A stretch of DNA of 64,000 bases from a virus: positions 1 to 64,000 of IMG/VR virus record IMGVR_UViG_3300028844_004047; one strand, given 5' to 3'. Position 1 is the stretch's first letter. Every line of letters starts with the position of its first letter. Of the stretch, positions 9,215 to 17,928 are shown one piece after another. The translations under genes and the position numbers were made by a program. Below the pieces are notes generated by a model. It was given only the letters and a program-made list of their open reading frames with translations, made no database searches and had not been told where the DNA came from.

Positions 9215-9545
9215 TGTTAGTGCCTGTTCGGCAACTAACCAACCTACAAGTATTCACCGTACTAGTACGGCAGATATGGATTTCGAACGAATTAATCACC
9301 TAGTGGTTGACTGTAAAATAGCAAAAGCCCAATATAACTGGCTAGATAGTAAAAGAACGGATAAGGTTGACAAACTCAAAAGTTCCGTGTATAGTAATAC
9401 TAGAGCTGGACAAATATATGCAAGTTTTACAGGACAAAGCAAATGGGCATACACAACAAGGAGTGGTTTAAGAAATGCAGTCATCGATTTTAAACAAAGT
9501 CAAATTCGCGAGCATTGTTGGCCTACTATGCCTATCGGGTACTAG
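9180..9545 (+). CDS. lipoprotein
   Basis: Signal peptide with lipobox VSAC. Confidence 0.75.
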   Translation: MKYLLLLCLAISVSACSATNQPTSIHRTSTADMDFERINHLVVDCKIAKAQYNWLDSKRTDKVDKLKSSVYSNTRAGQIYASFTGQSKWAYTTRSGLRNAVIDFKQSQIREHCWPTMPIGY

Positions 9546-10011
9546 TTATGCAAAAGAACGTTGCAGTGTTGTAACGTCAACAGAAACAGTTAGTGTAACA
9601 CAGATACAAAAATATGATAGTGTATCGAAAAGTGTTATTCCTAATCAAGATGGTACTTTAAATTGTAGTGTAATGTTTAATGCTTTAATTGGAGGTCAAT
9701 GGTATCCTGCTTATGGTAAAGCAGATGGACATACAAACCAAAATTATGTATGTAACCAAGCCTTAAAGAATGCACAAACGGAAGTTATCCGTATAGCAGG
9801 TGCAGAAAGAATTATTAATAACCAATATATGGTTTGTGATGATAATGTAGATTACAACAAAAAAGTTGGTTATGAATCAGAATTTACTTACAAAGGTTTT
9901 AGATGTAAGTATTTTATGCAAACTGTCGAACAAGCAGGCAAGTTGTATAATATAAACAAACCCGCTTGTGAAATCAGTCCTGGTCAATGGGTTGGGATTG
10001 AAAACTGGTAA
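9475..10011 (+). CDS. exported Cys-containing protein
   Basis: Signal peptide ending SYA; several Cys. Confidence 0.7.
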   Translation: MQSSILNKVKFASIVGLLCLSGTSYAKERCSVVTSTETVSVTQIQKYDSVSKSVIPNQDGTLNCSVMFNALIGGQWYPAYGKADGHTNQNYVCNQALKNAQTEVIRIAGAERIINNQYMVCDDNVDYNKKVGYESEFTYKGFRCKYFMQTVEQAGKLYNINKPACEISPGQWVGIENW

Positions 10012-10021
10012 AGAGGAAAAA

Positions 10022-10588
10022 ATGAACAAAGTAACAACAATAATTGCATTAGTAGGTGTAGTATTCCTTTCGGCTTGTAGTAGTATGACGCCAGGGAGTC
10101 CTGAAAGTCTTGCTAAACTACAAAAAGACAAAATGAAGGCTAAAGAAAAAGCCCTCGAGAATACAATCGATGAAATGCCGAAATGGTATTTGAAAACTCC
10201 AACAAGCGATTATGCCGTATACGCGGCTGGTACTGGTGTTTCAGATGATCCACAATACTCATTAGATATTGCTATTCTTAGAGCAAAGGTTATGTTAGCA
10301 GATAGACTGCAAGGTGAACTTTCTCAGAAAAGTAAGAGTATTAAAACTAATGGATCGGAAATCAATACACAGGCTACACAAAACGTTATTAATGGCGTAA
10401 ACGTAGCAGGGTATAAGATTAAACACAAGGTGCTAGAGTTAGAAAGTGGTCAAGTTAGAGCATATGTTCTTTTGGAGTACCCAATTAACGGTACTAATGA
10501 CGTTTTGGAATACAAAGCGACACAAGAGGATAAAAAGTTCAAAGATGGACTAACTGAAAAAGCATTATCCGATTTAGAAAAACTGTAG
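10022..10588 (+). CDS. LPP20-like lipoprotein
   Basis: Lipobox FLSAC; MPKWY, YAAGTG, AILRAKVMLA pattern. Confidence 0.7.
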   Translation: MNKVTTIIALVGVVFLSACSSMTPGSPESLAKLQKDKMKAKEKALENTIDEMPKWYLKTPTSDYAVYAAGTGVSDDPQYSLDIAILRAKVMLADRLQGELSQKSKSIKTNGSEINTQATQNVINGVNVAGYKIKHKVLELESGQVRAYVLLEYPINGTNDVLEYKATQEDKKFKDGLTEKALSDLEKL

Positions 10589-10599
10589 AGAATTCTTTA

Positions 10600-10677
10600 C
10601 TCCTGGTAGCTCAGTTGGATTAGAGCAACGGTCTTCTAAACCGTAGGTCGCAGGTTCGAGTCCTGCTCAGGAGGCCA
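10600..10677 (+). tRNA. tRNA-Arg(UCU)
   Basis: Cloverleaf, anticodon loop CT-TCT-AA, GTTCGAGTCC, encoded CCA. Confidence 0.95.
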
Positions 10678-10682
10678 ATTAT

Positions 10683-10716
10683 AGGCAATGGTACTTTAAA
10701 GTATCATTGCCTTTTT
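10683..10716 (+). terminator. intrinsic terminator after tRNA
   Basis: AGGCAATGGTAC/GTATCATTGCCT stem plus T run. Confidence 0.8.
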
Positions 10717-10752
10717 GGGTGAATAAATACTAATATAATCTAAAGGTGAAAA

Positions 10753-11868
10753 ATGAAGGCTTTTGTTATTGTCCACGATAATCCGAAGGACACATGGTTT
10801 TATAAGGTCGCCACCAACTACACTAAACTTAATTTTGATTACTGTATGGCAGACCGTTTTAGCGAAAATGCTGAATGGCATTTTTATGAGACCAATAACC
10901 TTGATTGGAAAAAGTTCAATCAATATGATTTCACTGTTGCAGTTAAACCTGGAACTATATTCCCTTATTCATATTTCCAAAGAGTTATAGAACACCAAAT
11001 TGGTAAATTCAAATGGAACACCGTTGGACCATCTATGATTTATTGCCCAACAGGCGTAGGAACCACAGAAATTAAACTACCATATAACTTCAGCCATGTA
11101 AACCCAGAAAATGCAGACACATTTAGTGAAACACATGATAGTGCAATAGATATGGTTTTAAAGAATTCAAACCTGGCTTACGTTGTACACAATGAGATAC
11201 CAAAGCCCGTGTATGAGCTTAACAAACCCGTTAAATGGGCAATGACAGTGAGTTCTGGCTTCTATATTAACTATATTCTACAAGATGCTGGCTTTGATAA
11301 TAACACTATTGTAAACCATATTGATATAAGCAAAAGCAGTTTAGCAGTAAGAAAGTATACAATAGAACACTGGGACGGAGAAGATTATTTGTCTTGGTTA
11401 GACCATTTATATGATAAATTTCCCTTATTAACAGTCTTTAACGGAAAACAATTTAGACGTGGACATAGACCCACTCATAATGTTTTAGAACATATGGACA
11501 CAAAATGGACAAAGAGTCAATGGCAAGAACATTGGAAAAAATATCAAAAATGTAAACACAATTATTATGTTTGTAACTTAGGAGATACTAGTGCATTCAA
11601 AAAAATATTAGCAGAACATAGAGCATATGATTCTAGTGTATTTTGGTATAACGGTGCATTAAAAAGACAACCTGCAAATGTTAATAAAACAAGTAACCAA
11701 AGTCATCAAAATGCAAAAAGATTTATTGATACTTTAGTGAATTACAATCCAGAATTATTGGTATATGGATCGGATCATTGTTGTAATACATTTAATGGAA
11801 TAACATCTAAACAAGCACTAGAACAAATGGCAAGAGATTCAAGAGCAGATTTATGGAAACAGGTGTAA
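10753..11868 (+). CDS. hypothetical protein, first gene of late modification-enzyme cluster
   Basis: 371-aa ORF after late motif TAAATA at 10724. Confidence 0.75.
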   Translation: MKAFVIVHDNPKDTWFYKVATNYTKLNFDYCMADRFSENAEWHFYETNNLDWKKFNQYDFTVAVKPGTIFPYSYFQRVIEHQIGKFKWNTVGPSMIYCPTGVGTTEIKLPYNFSHVNPENADTFSETHDSAIDMVLKNSNLAYVVHNEIPKPVYELNKPVKWAMTVSSGFYINYILQDAGFDNNTIVNHIDISKSSLAVRKYTIEHWDGEDYLSWLDHLYDKFPLLTVFNGKQFRRGHRPTHNVLEHMDTKWTKSQWQEHWKKYQKCKHNYYVCNLGDTSAFKKILAEHRAYDSSVFWYNGALKRQPANVNKTSNQSHQNAKRFIDTLVNYNPELLVYGSDHCCNTFNGITSKQALEQMARDSRADLWKQV

Positions 11869-12440
11869 TACCACAACATAAACGTATAGGCATTTTGTTT
11901 AGTGGAGGTGCTGATAGTACACTTATGTTATATCAACTTTCCAAAACACATCCAGACAGTGAGTTTTATTTGTATGTAGGATCTAGATTAGATGACGGTC
12001 AATATCATTTAGATAATTGTAATAATATACTAAATGAATTAAAACTAAATAATATTAAAGCATATGCAATATATACTTTTAAAGATAGAGCTGAAGGAAA
12101 AGCAAATAGAGATAAGTTAAGAAAACAATTTTTTGATTATCATAACTTAGATTGCTTTATAAATGGCTTTACTCGAAACCCTTCCGAATACATTGGAGAA
12201 GGCGAAGACCAATCACGCAACAAACAAATGGAAAAGGTAGTTACTACACCGAATGGGTTAACTATGTATAGACCTTTAGCAGATTTAGATAAAAAAGGTG
12301 TTGCAAAACTTTATAAAGAATACGGTATATTAGATTCTTTATTTCCATTAACTATAAGTTGTGAAGCAAAACAACCACCGAGACCTTGTAAAGAATGTTG
12401 GTGGTGTAAAGAAAGGCACTGGGCCTTTGGAGAATATTAA
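11853..12440 (+). CDS. QueC-like PP-loop ATPase
   Basis: SGGADS PP-loop; C-terminal SC...CKECWWCKER Zn motif. Confidence 0.8.
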   Translation: METGVIPQHKRIGILFSGGADSTLMLYQLSKTHPDSEFYLYVGSRLDDGQYHLDNCNNILNELKLNNIKAYAIYTFKDRAEGKANRDKLRKQFFDYHNLDCFINGFTRNPSEYIGEGEDQSRNKQMEKVVTTPNGLTMYRPLADLDKKGVAKLYKEYGILDSLFPLTISCEAKQPPRPCKECWWCKERHWAFGEY

Positions 12441-13228
12441 TGCAATTTTATGATTTAGAATTTAGTAGAGATCCTTTATTGATGTGGGAAAAGTTAAAAA
12501 CAAAACCACCGGTTGATAAAGAAGGATACAATAGCCTTTATGATTTTTGTAAAGCAACAAGTAGATATCACTTTGACGAATCAAGAGATGATATTGTAGA
12601 ACTAGATGGGGATTGTCCTCCAGTAATACCTGTTGGAAATTTTGGTGGAGACTGGGACGAAGCAGTAGCAGAATTAAGTAAAGAAACTAAACCAGCAGAT
12701 TTTAAGTTTCGTAAAGAAACTAGAAAAGATACAACAAACGATTGGGAAGAAAACGACTTTAAAAAATGGGGATATGATATCGATGGTGGATACACTATTG
12801 CAAATAGAACTTTACACCCTAAACTAAAAGATAGTTTACAATATATTGTTGATGCATTTGGATTTGAAAAACCAGGTGTAGTAAAATTTGATGTACAAAA
12901 ACCTGGGCAATGTTTTTATTGGCATTTAGATAATTTTGGTGGAGTACTTAAAAAATCCAGACAAGAATATGATAATGCTGATAAAGGAGATTTGGATCAA
13001 CGTAAAGTAATGAGAACAATGATATTTTTAGATGACCAGCATCAAGGACAAATATTTCAACTAGGCAATCTATTAATAAAATGGAAACGTGGCGATTGTA
13101 TTACATGGCCCTGGAGAGATGTTCCACATGGAACTTGTAATTACGGACATAAACCAAGACCCGTGCTAAACATAACTGGCGTAGTAACAGAAAAAACTAA
13201 AGAATTTCTATCTAATGCAACAACTTAA
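12440..13228 (+). CDS. 2OG-Fe(II) oxygenase/cupin-like protein
   Basis: QKPGQCFYWHLD (HxD), distal PHGTCN, R.VLNITG. Confidence 0.75.
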   Translation: MQFYDLEFSRDPLLMWEKLKTKPPVDKEGYNSLYDFCKATSRYHFDESRDDIVELDGDCPPVIPVGNFGGDWDEAVAELSKETKPADFKFRKETRKDTTNDWEENDFKKWGYDIDGGYTIANRTLHPKLKDSLQYIVDAFGFEKPGVVKFDVQKPGQCFYWHLDNFGGVLKKSRQEYDNADKGDLDQRKVMRTMIFLDDQHQGQIFQLGNLLIKWKRGDCITWPWRDVPHGTCNYGHKPRPVLNITGVVTEKTKEFLSNATT

Positions 13229-13754
13229 AGATATCTTTCAACAAGGTAGTACAGACATTTATAGATGGCCCGATTGTGCTACACCTATGATAGATAAGAT
13301 AAATGAATTAAAACCAAACGCAGTAATAGATTTAGGCTGTGGTGCTAATTTATACAAAAAGTGGATTAATAATTTAGTTGGTTTAGATATAGCAACTACT
13401 GAAGCAGATATAAATGGTTTAATTGAAGATTTACCATTTAATGATAATAGTGCAGATGTTGTACTTGCTTTAGGTAGTATAAATTTTGGTAGTGAAGATT
13501 TAATCAGAACACAACTTGACGAAGTAAAAAGAATAACAAAGCCAAGCGGACATATATTTTTTAGAGTTATGTGTGAACATAAACATGAACTATATTATCC
13601 ATGGAATGAAAAGAAAGCAAAACAGTTTGCAAAAGAATTTGGATTTACATTTGTAGATGGACCTAGAGTTATATATAAAACAATATGGGAAACTAGAGAA
13701 AAAACAGTCGGTGATAGAGGGCAAGAAAGGCTTTATTGGGAATGGACAATTTAA
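13215..13754 (+). CDS. class I SAM-dependent methyltransferase
   Basis: VIDLGCG, GLDI, LPFNDNSADVV, RITKPSG. Confidence 0.85.
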   Translation: MQQLKDIFQQGSTDIYRWPDCATPMIDKINELKPNAVIDLGCGANLYKKWINNLVGLDIATTEADINGLIEDLPFNDNSADVVLALGSINFGSEDLIRTQLDEVKRITKPSGHIFFRVMCEHKHELYYPWNEKKAKQFAKEFGFTFVDGPRVIYKTIWETREKTVGDRGQERLYWEWTI

Positions 13755-14374
13755 GAATTTATAGCGGAACATCAGAAGCAGAACATCATTGTGTACTAGA
13801 AGGTGTTGTTTGGGATAAACAGGAATTATTAGATTTTTATAATCAGTTTGATGACAGTTGTCATTTACCATGGAATGAATTTAAAAAGAAATACAATAAA
13901 GACAATCCTTATCGCAAAACACTTACTGATAAGTTTAGACAAATATACGCACCTAATTTTGAAGGTAAAGAACTTATTGAATATCCAGTTATACAAAAGT
14001 TTATTAAACAGTTTAATTTTAAAGTACCATTAAGTGTAACAGATGTACAAATATTAGCATACGAACCTGGCTTTGCATTTGTACCGCATATTGACCAAGA
14101 GGTAGAATTAAGCATTATGTTACCTATTATTCCAGATGATGGTGGCGAGCCTTTAACATTTTTAGAAGGAGATGACTTTCGCAATCCTGGAAAAGAGATT
14201 TACAAAGTTTATTACAGTACAGAACATCCAACATTAGTAACAGGTAAAACTATTCATAGTGTTGAAGAAATGAAAGATTTCAGAGTAGTATTACGTTTTC
14301 GTACAAATGGAGAAACATACGAAGATGTAATTAAAAAACATAAAAAAGGTGAATTTATTTTACCATTATCGTAA
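13736..14374 (+). CDS. 2OG-Fe(II) oxygenase-like protein
   Basis: FVPHID (HxD), IHSV, FRVVLR. Confidence 0.7.
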   Translation: MGMDNLRIYSGTSEAEHHCVLEGVVWDKQELLDFYNQFDDSCHLPWNEFKKKYNKDNPYRKTLTDKFRQIYAPNFEGKELIEYPVIQKFIKQFNFKVPLSVTDVQILAYEPGFAFVPHIDQEVELSIMLPIIPDDGGEPLTFLEGDDFRNPGKEIYKVYYSTEHPTLVTGKTIHSVEEMKDFRVVLRFRTNGETYEDVIKKHKKGEFILPLS

Positions 14375-14382
14375 AATAAATG

Positions 14383-14411
14383 TTGACACATTGCATTTTC
14401 TTTGCTATATT
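14383..14411 (+). promoter_or_regulatory. sigma70-type promoter for tRNA cluster
   Basis: TTGACA-17bp-TATATT. Confidence 0.7.
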
Positions 14412-14432
14412 AAATCATAACGTTGTTTATGA

Positions 14433-14518
14433 GGGGGTGCGGTGCAGTTGGAGAGGCACACTGGTCTCCAAAACCAGGACATGAGTCAAAATAGGTTCGA
14501 ATCCTTTCACCTCTGCCA
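14433..14518 (+). tRNA. tRNA-Trp(CCA) with atypical 13-nt variable region
   Basis: Acceptor GGGGGTG/CACCTCT, anticodon stem CTGGT/ACCAG, loop CT-CCA-AA, GGTTCGAATCC, G73, CCA. Confidence 0.85.
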
Positions 14519-14533
14519 ACGTAAGGAAACAAT

Positions 14534-14731
14534 ATGCATAAGGCAAAACAATTAGAATTATTTAAGGACAACATATTTGATACAACAACAAAGATTCGTA
14601 TATTAAAAGAAGAGATTGCATATGCGAAATCACAGTTGGAGCCACACGATACAGGACATATACATACTGCTATCAGTTGGATGAAAGAAAGAGTTAGAGC
14701 CTTAAAAAAGAAACCAAATTTGGGTGAATAA
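14534..14731 (+). CDS. hypothetical protein within tRNA cluster
   Basis: AAGGA RBS; QLEPHDTGHIHTAI. Confidence 0.7.
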   Translation: MHKAKQLELFKDNIFDTTTKIRILKEEIAYAKSQLEPHDTGHIHTAISWMKERVRALKKKPNLGE

Positions 14732-14734
14732 AAA

Positions 14735-14821
14735 GCCTGCGTGGCGGAATAGGTAGACGCAACGGACTTAAAATCCGTTATCGATTACGGTGTGTGGGTT
14801 CGAGTCCCTCCGCAGGCACCA
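14735..14821 (+). tRNA. tRNA-Leu(UAA)
   Basis: GCCTGCG/CGCAGGC acceptor, loop CT-TAA-AA, long variable arm, A73, CCA. Confidence 0.95.
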
Positions 14822-14835
14822 CCCAGAATTCATAT

Positions 14836-14910
14836 GGTCCCTTCGTCTAGTGGTTAGGACAACGGTTTTTCATACCGTAAACAGGAGTTCAATTCTCCTA
14901 GGGACTACCA
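14836..14910 (+). tRNA. tRNA-Glu(UUC)
   Basis: GGTCCCT/AGGGACT acceptor, loop TT-TTC-AT, CCA. Confidence 0.92.
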
Positions 14911-15026
14911 AATTGTCGAGTGAGTGTAAACACGGTTAAGCCAATAAACGACATTAAAATTAAGACATTGGTAGGAAACAAGGCGCCTTCATTAGAAAGA
15001 CCTTCTTTTACTTCATTTTTAAATGC

Positions 15027-15055
15027 TTGACATTGTGGTATATTTCGTGTATTAT
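15027..15055 (+). promoter_or_regulatory. sigma70-type promoter
   Basis: TTGACA-17bp-TATTAT. Confidence 0.75.
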
Positions 15056-15085
15056 AACAGTATAATTAATTGAAAGGACTACAAA

Positions 15086-15325
15086 ATGGGAAGAGTATTT
15101 ACACAAGACACACTTAACACTACCGGCTATAACAAAAGTGAACTTATTCTAGTTTTAACAAAAATGATTAGAACTGGACTAGCAAAAAGTGTGGGTGAAG
15201 CAATAAAAATGCTAGACGAGGGTACAGTAAATAAAGAAGAATTGTTAGAATTAGTTATTAAATCCCATCAACAAGAACTTCCTAAGTCTGAAACACAGGA
15301 AGAAGTTAAAGTTAACGTAAGGTAA
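15086..15325 (+). CDS. RNA polymerase omega-like or hypothetical protein
   Basis: MGRVFTQD..N..ELILV..K..R..A...L.EG weakly resembles RpoZ. Confidence 0.4.
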   Translation: MGRVFTQDTLNTTGYNKSELILVLTKMIRTGLAKSVGEAIKMLDEGTVNKEELLELVIKSHQQELPKSETQEEVKVNVR

Positions 15326-15330
15326 TAAAT

Positions 15331-15519
15331 ATGTTTAACAAAGTAGGCGACTTTTTACAGTCGCGAGCAGAAAATAACGAATCCAGAGCACAACGTAGAG
15401 AAAATGCTCGTAAGGCGTATAAGTTGGCAAAAAAAATGCGTAAGGAACTTGAAAAAGATCCTGAGTTGGCAAAAGCCGTTAGAGATGGTAACCAACAACT
15501 TAAAACACCTATTAAATAA
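15331..15519 (+). CDS. basic hypothetical protein
   Basis: AAGG RBS, operon context. Confidence 0.6.
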   Translation: MFNKVGDFLQSRAENNESRAQRRENARKAYKLAKKMRKELEKDPELAKAVRDGNQQLKTPIK

Positions 15520-15522
15520 TAT

Positions 15523-15741
15523 ATGAAAAAACTTGTTTTACTAGTAACATTCTTAATCCTTGCTGGTTGTGTACAACCATCTATGCTTAATGATGATGAA
15601 AGTTCTGGTATACATAATATGGGTAGTATTGCCAATGTATTAGGCTGTATGTTTGCTCCCCAAGATCCAAGTTGTACAAAGAAACAACCAAGCGAATCGG
15701 AAAAAGAAGCAGACGAAAAAGAGTGGAACGAAGTTAAGTAA
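15523..15741 (+). CDS. small lipoprotein
   Basis: Lipobox LAGC. Confidence 0.7.
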   Translation: MKKLVLLVTFLILAGCVQPSMLNDDESSGIHNMGSIANVLGCMFAPQDPSCTKKQPSESEKEADEKEWNEVK

Positions 15742-15760
15742 ATCAATTAAGAGGCATAAT

Positions 15761-16198
15761 ATGACAATGCATTTAGAAAGAGGACTAACAACCCTTAATA
15801 CTCGAAAACGTAAAACTAAAAAGAAAGATACAAAAGCAGATATTCAACGTTGGCAAAAAGAATTGCGTGATTACAATAAAAAGATGCGTCAATGCCATGC
15901 TCACAATATGCAAATGACATGGAACGAGTATGTTGATTATGTTAAAGGTAGATACAAACCTAAAAATCCGCCAACTGCAATTAAAGAACCTTGGCATTAT
16001 TCAGGACCAAGTGTTAGACAAACAGAACACGTTCCAAGCCTAAATTCTAAAGAAAGTTTTACAACTGCAACAAAACGAAAACCTATGGAATATACCGGTG
16101 AAAGACGACTGTTAGGCATAGCAACTATGCATAAGAGTAATCTAGTGCCCGTATTCAGCGATGACGACGCCAAAGAGTTGGCGAAAATGAGACGTTAA
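15761..16198 (+). CDS. conserved T4-like marine phage hypothetical protein
   Basis: GAGG RBS before ATG 15761; C-terminal GIATMHKSNLVPVFS..AKMRR. Confidence 0.75.
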   Translation: MTMHLERGLTTLNTRKRKTKKKDTKADIQRWQKELRDYNKKMRQCHAHNMQMTWNEYVDYVKGRYKPKNPPTAIKEPWHYSGPSVRQTEHVPSLNSKESFTTATKRKPMEYTGERRLLGIATMHKSNLVPVFSDDDAKELAKMRR

Positions 16199-16216
16199 CA
16201 AGGTAAATACTACACA

Positions 16217-16441
16217 ATGGCAAAAGACGGCACCATAGAAGTACAGGGCGTAGTAGAACAACTATTACCAAATGCACTATTCAAAGTAAAAGTCGCAGGA
16301 CACGATAAAACCTTAGTCGCTCACCTAAATGGTAAGATGCGAAAAAATAACATTAAAGTTTTGCTAGGTGATAAAGTGGATCTAGAAGTTAGCGTCTATG
16401 ATATGAATAAAGGACGTATAACTTATAGGCATAAACAGTGA
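16217..16441 (+). CDS. infA: translation initiation factor IF-1
   Basis: MAKDGTIEVQGVVEQLLPNALFKV..AHLNGKMRKNNIKVLLGDKV..GRITYR. Confidence 0.97.
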   Translation: MAKDGTIEVQGVVEQLLPNALFKVKVAGHDKTLVAHLNGKMRKNNIKVLLGDKVDLEVSVYDMNKGRITYRHKQ

Positions 16442-16482
16442 GGATAATCTTCACTATTCTAAAATAAAAAAAGGAGTCAAAT

Positions 16483-16716
16483 ATGGACATACTTAATAAA
16501 ATAAAAGGCTGGAGTTCAGCTCTAACAGAAGCAGGTATTAGTTTAATATCTTTAGCAGTTGTACTTGAAGTACTATTTAATGGACAGAATATTCCATTCT
16601 GGCCAAACATCAGTGTAATCGCAAATGTACAAAACATTATTGCTGGATTTTCAGCACAAGGTCTTGTAGGTTTAGTAGCGATTTGGGTGTTATACCACAT
16701 TTTTACAAGAAAATAA
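16483..16716 (+). CDS. small conserved membrane protein
   Basis: AAGGAG RBS; two TM helices, GLVGLVA. Confidence 0.75.
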   Translation: MDILNKIKGWSSALTEAGISLISLAVVLEVLFNGQNIPFWPNISVIANVQNIIAGFSAQGLVGLVAIWVLYHIFTRK

Positions 16717-16755
16717 TAACGTAATAATTTGGTACAAAAATAAGGAGACCAAAAC

Positions 16756-16917
16756 ATGACAAATTGGATAAAAAGTAGAGTAAAAGAAAGAACATCGCAT
16801 TCAGGAGCGGCTTTAATTGCTATTGGTGTAATTGTTCTAATTGCTGGACCTTTTGCTAAATTGGCGGCATATGCCGCAATCGGTTATGGAGCATGGCAAA
16901 TCTATAAAAAAGGTTAG
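16756..16917 (+). CDS. small membrane protein (53 aa, not in ORF track)
   Basis: AAGGAG RBS; WIKSRVKERTS then two hydrophobic helices. Confidence 0.75.
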   Translation: MTNWIKSRVKERTSHSGAALIAIGVIVLIAGPFAKLAAYAAIGYGAWQIYKKG

Positions 16918-16920
16918 TGA

Positions 16921-17208
16921 ATGCCCAAACTTACAGCCTTACATAAAGGCAAGTCAATTCAAGTAGAATACACAGGCACAGACAATGTAATGATTGCCCT
17001 ATACGATGATATCGATTGGGGAACTTGCGGAGGATCTTGTGCCTGTGGTTCATGTATATGCACAGTACTTGAAGGAGAAGAATTTTTTAAAGACCCAAGT
17101 GAAGAAGAATTAGATATGCTTCACGCAGAAGGAAGACCTAACAGTCGTTTAGGATGTCAACTAGATTTAGATAACGCACCCGATGGGAAAGTAAAAATTA
17201 GAATATGA
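16921..17208 (+). CDS. fdx: 2Fe-2S ferredoxin (adrenodoxin/ISC type)
   Basis: CGGSCACGSC, EELDML, SRLGCQ. Confidence 0.9.
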   Translation: MPKLTALHKGKSIQVEYTGTDNVMIALYDDIDWGTCGGSCACGSCICTVLEGEEFFKDPSEEELDMLHAEGRPNSRLGCQLDLDNAPDGKVKIRI

Positions 17209-17627
17209 AAGTAGAAATAAAAGACTTCAATCGAAGTCCAGATGCAGAAGGCAGTTTTGATTTAAAAATAACTGACCCAAATGTTAATCAAGAAGATATT
17301 AAAAAAGAACTTCGCGAAGTACATGATCCAGAAATCAGCATAAATATATTTGAACTAGGATTAATTTATCATTGTGATGTTGTAGAAGGTAATTGTACAA
17401 CAGTTATGACACTTACAAGTCCTTTTTGTCCAGTAGCAGGCGAGATGCCAATATGGACAGAACAAGCATTGTTAAAAGTGCCTGGTATTAATAAAGTAGA
17501 TGTACAAATGACATTTGAACCTACATTTAATCCATCACAAATGAGTGAAATTGCACAGTTCACATTAAATTTAGGAGATGATAACCACGATGACGAGTAT
17601 GTTACCAACTATCACAGATTCCGCTAG
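17205..17627 (+). CDS. SufT/DUF59 Fe-S assembly protein
   Basis: V.DPEI.INI.ELGLIY, MTLTSPFCP. Confidence 0.9.
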   Translation: MKVEIKDFNRSPDAEGSFDLKITDPNVNQEDIKKELREVHDPEISINIFELGLIYHCDVVEGNCTTVMTLTSPFCPVAGEMPIWTEQALLKVPGINKVDVQMTFEPTFNPSQMSEIAQFTLNLGDDNHDDEYVTNYHRFR

Positions 17628-17928
17628 AAATTACTTAATTAAAACGGCAGACAAACAAAATGCAACTAATGTATACTTTGGTGTACAAGGTGGCGGTTGT
17701 GCAGGTTTTAAATATAAATGGGATTCTATCGAAACGGATAAAATCAATCCTGAAGATGAAGTTATTAAATTAGATGAAGAAAAAAATCTAATTATTGATA
17801 AGTTTAGTTTATTCTATATTATGGGAACAACTATAGATTATAAAGAAAGTTTTGGAGGTTCCCAAATTGTAATTGAAAACCCCCAAGCAACTAGTTCTTG
17901 CGGTTGCGGAGAATCAGTAGCATTTTAA
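17599..17928 (+). CDS. iscA: IscA/HesB A-type Fe-S carrier
   Basis: GGGCAGFKY, NPQATSSCGCGES. Confidence 0.93.
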   Translation: MLPTITDSARNYLIKTADKQNATNVYFGVQGGGCAGFKYKWDSIETDKINPEDEVIKLDEEKNLIIDKFSLFYIMGTTIDYKESFGGSQIVIENPQATSSCGCGESVAF

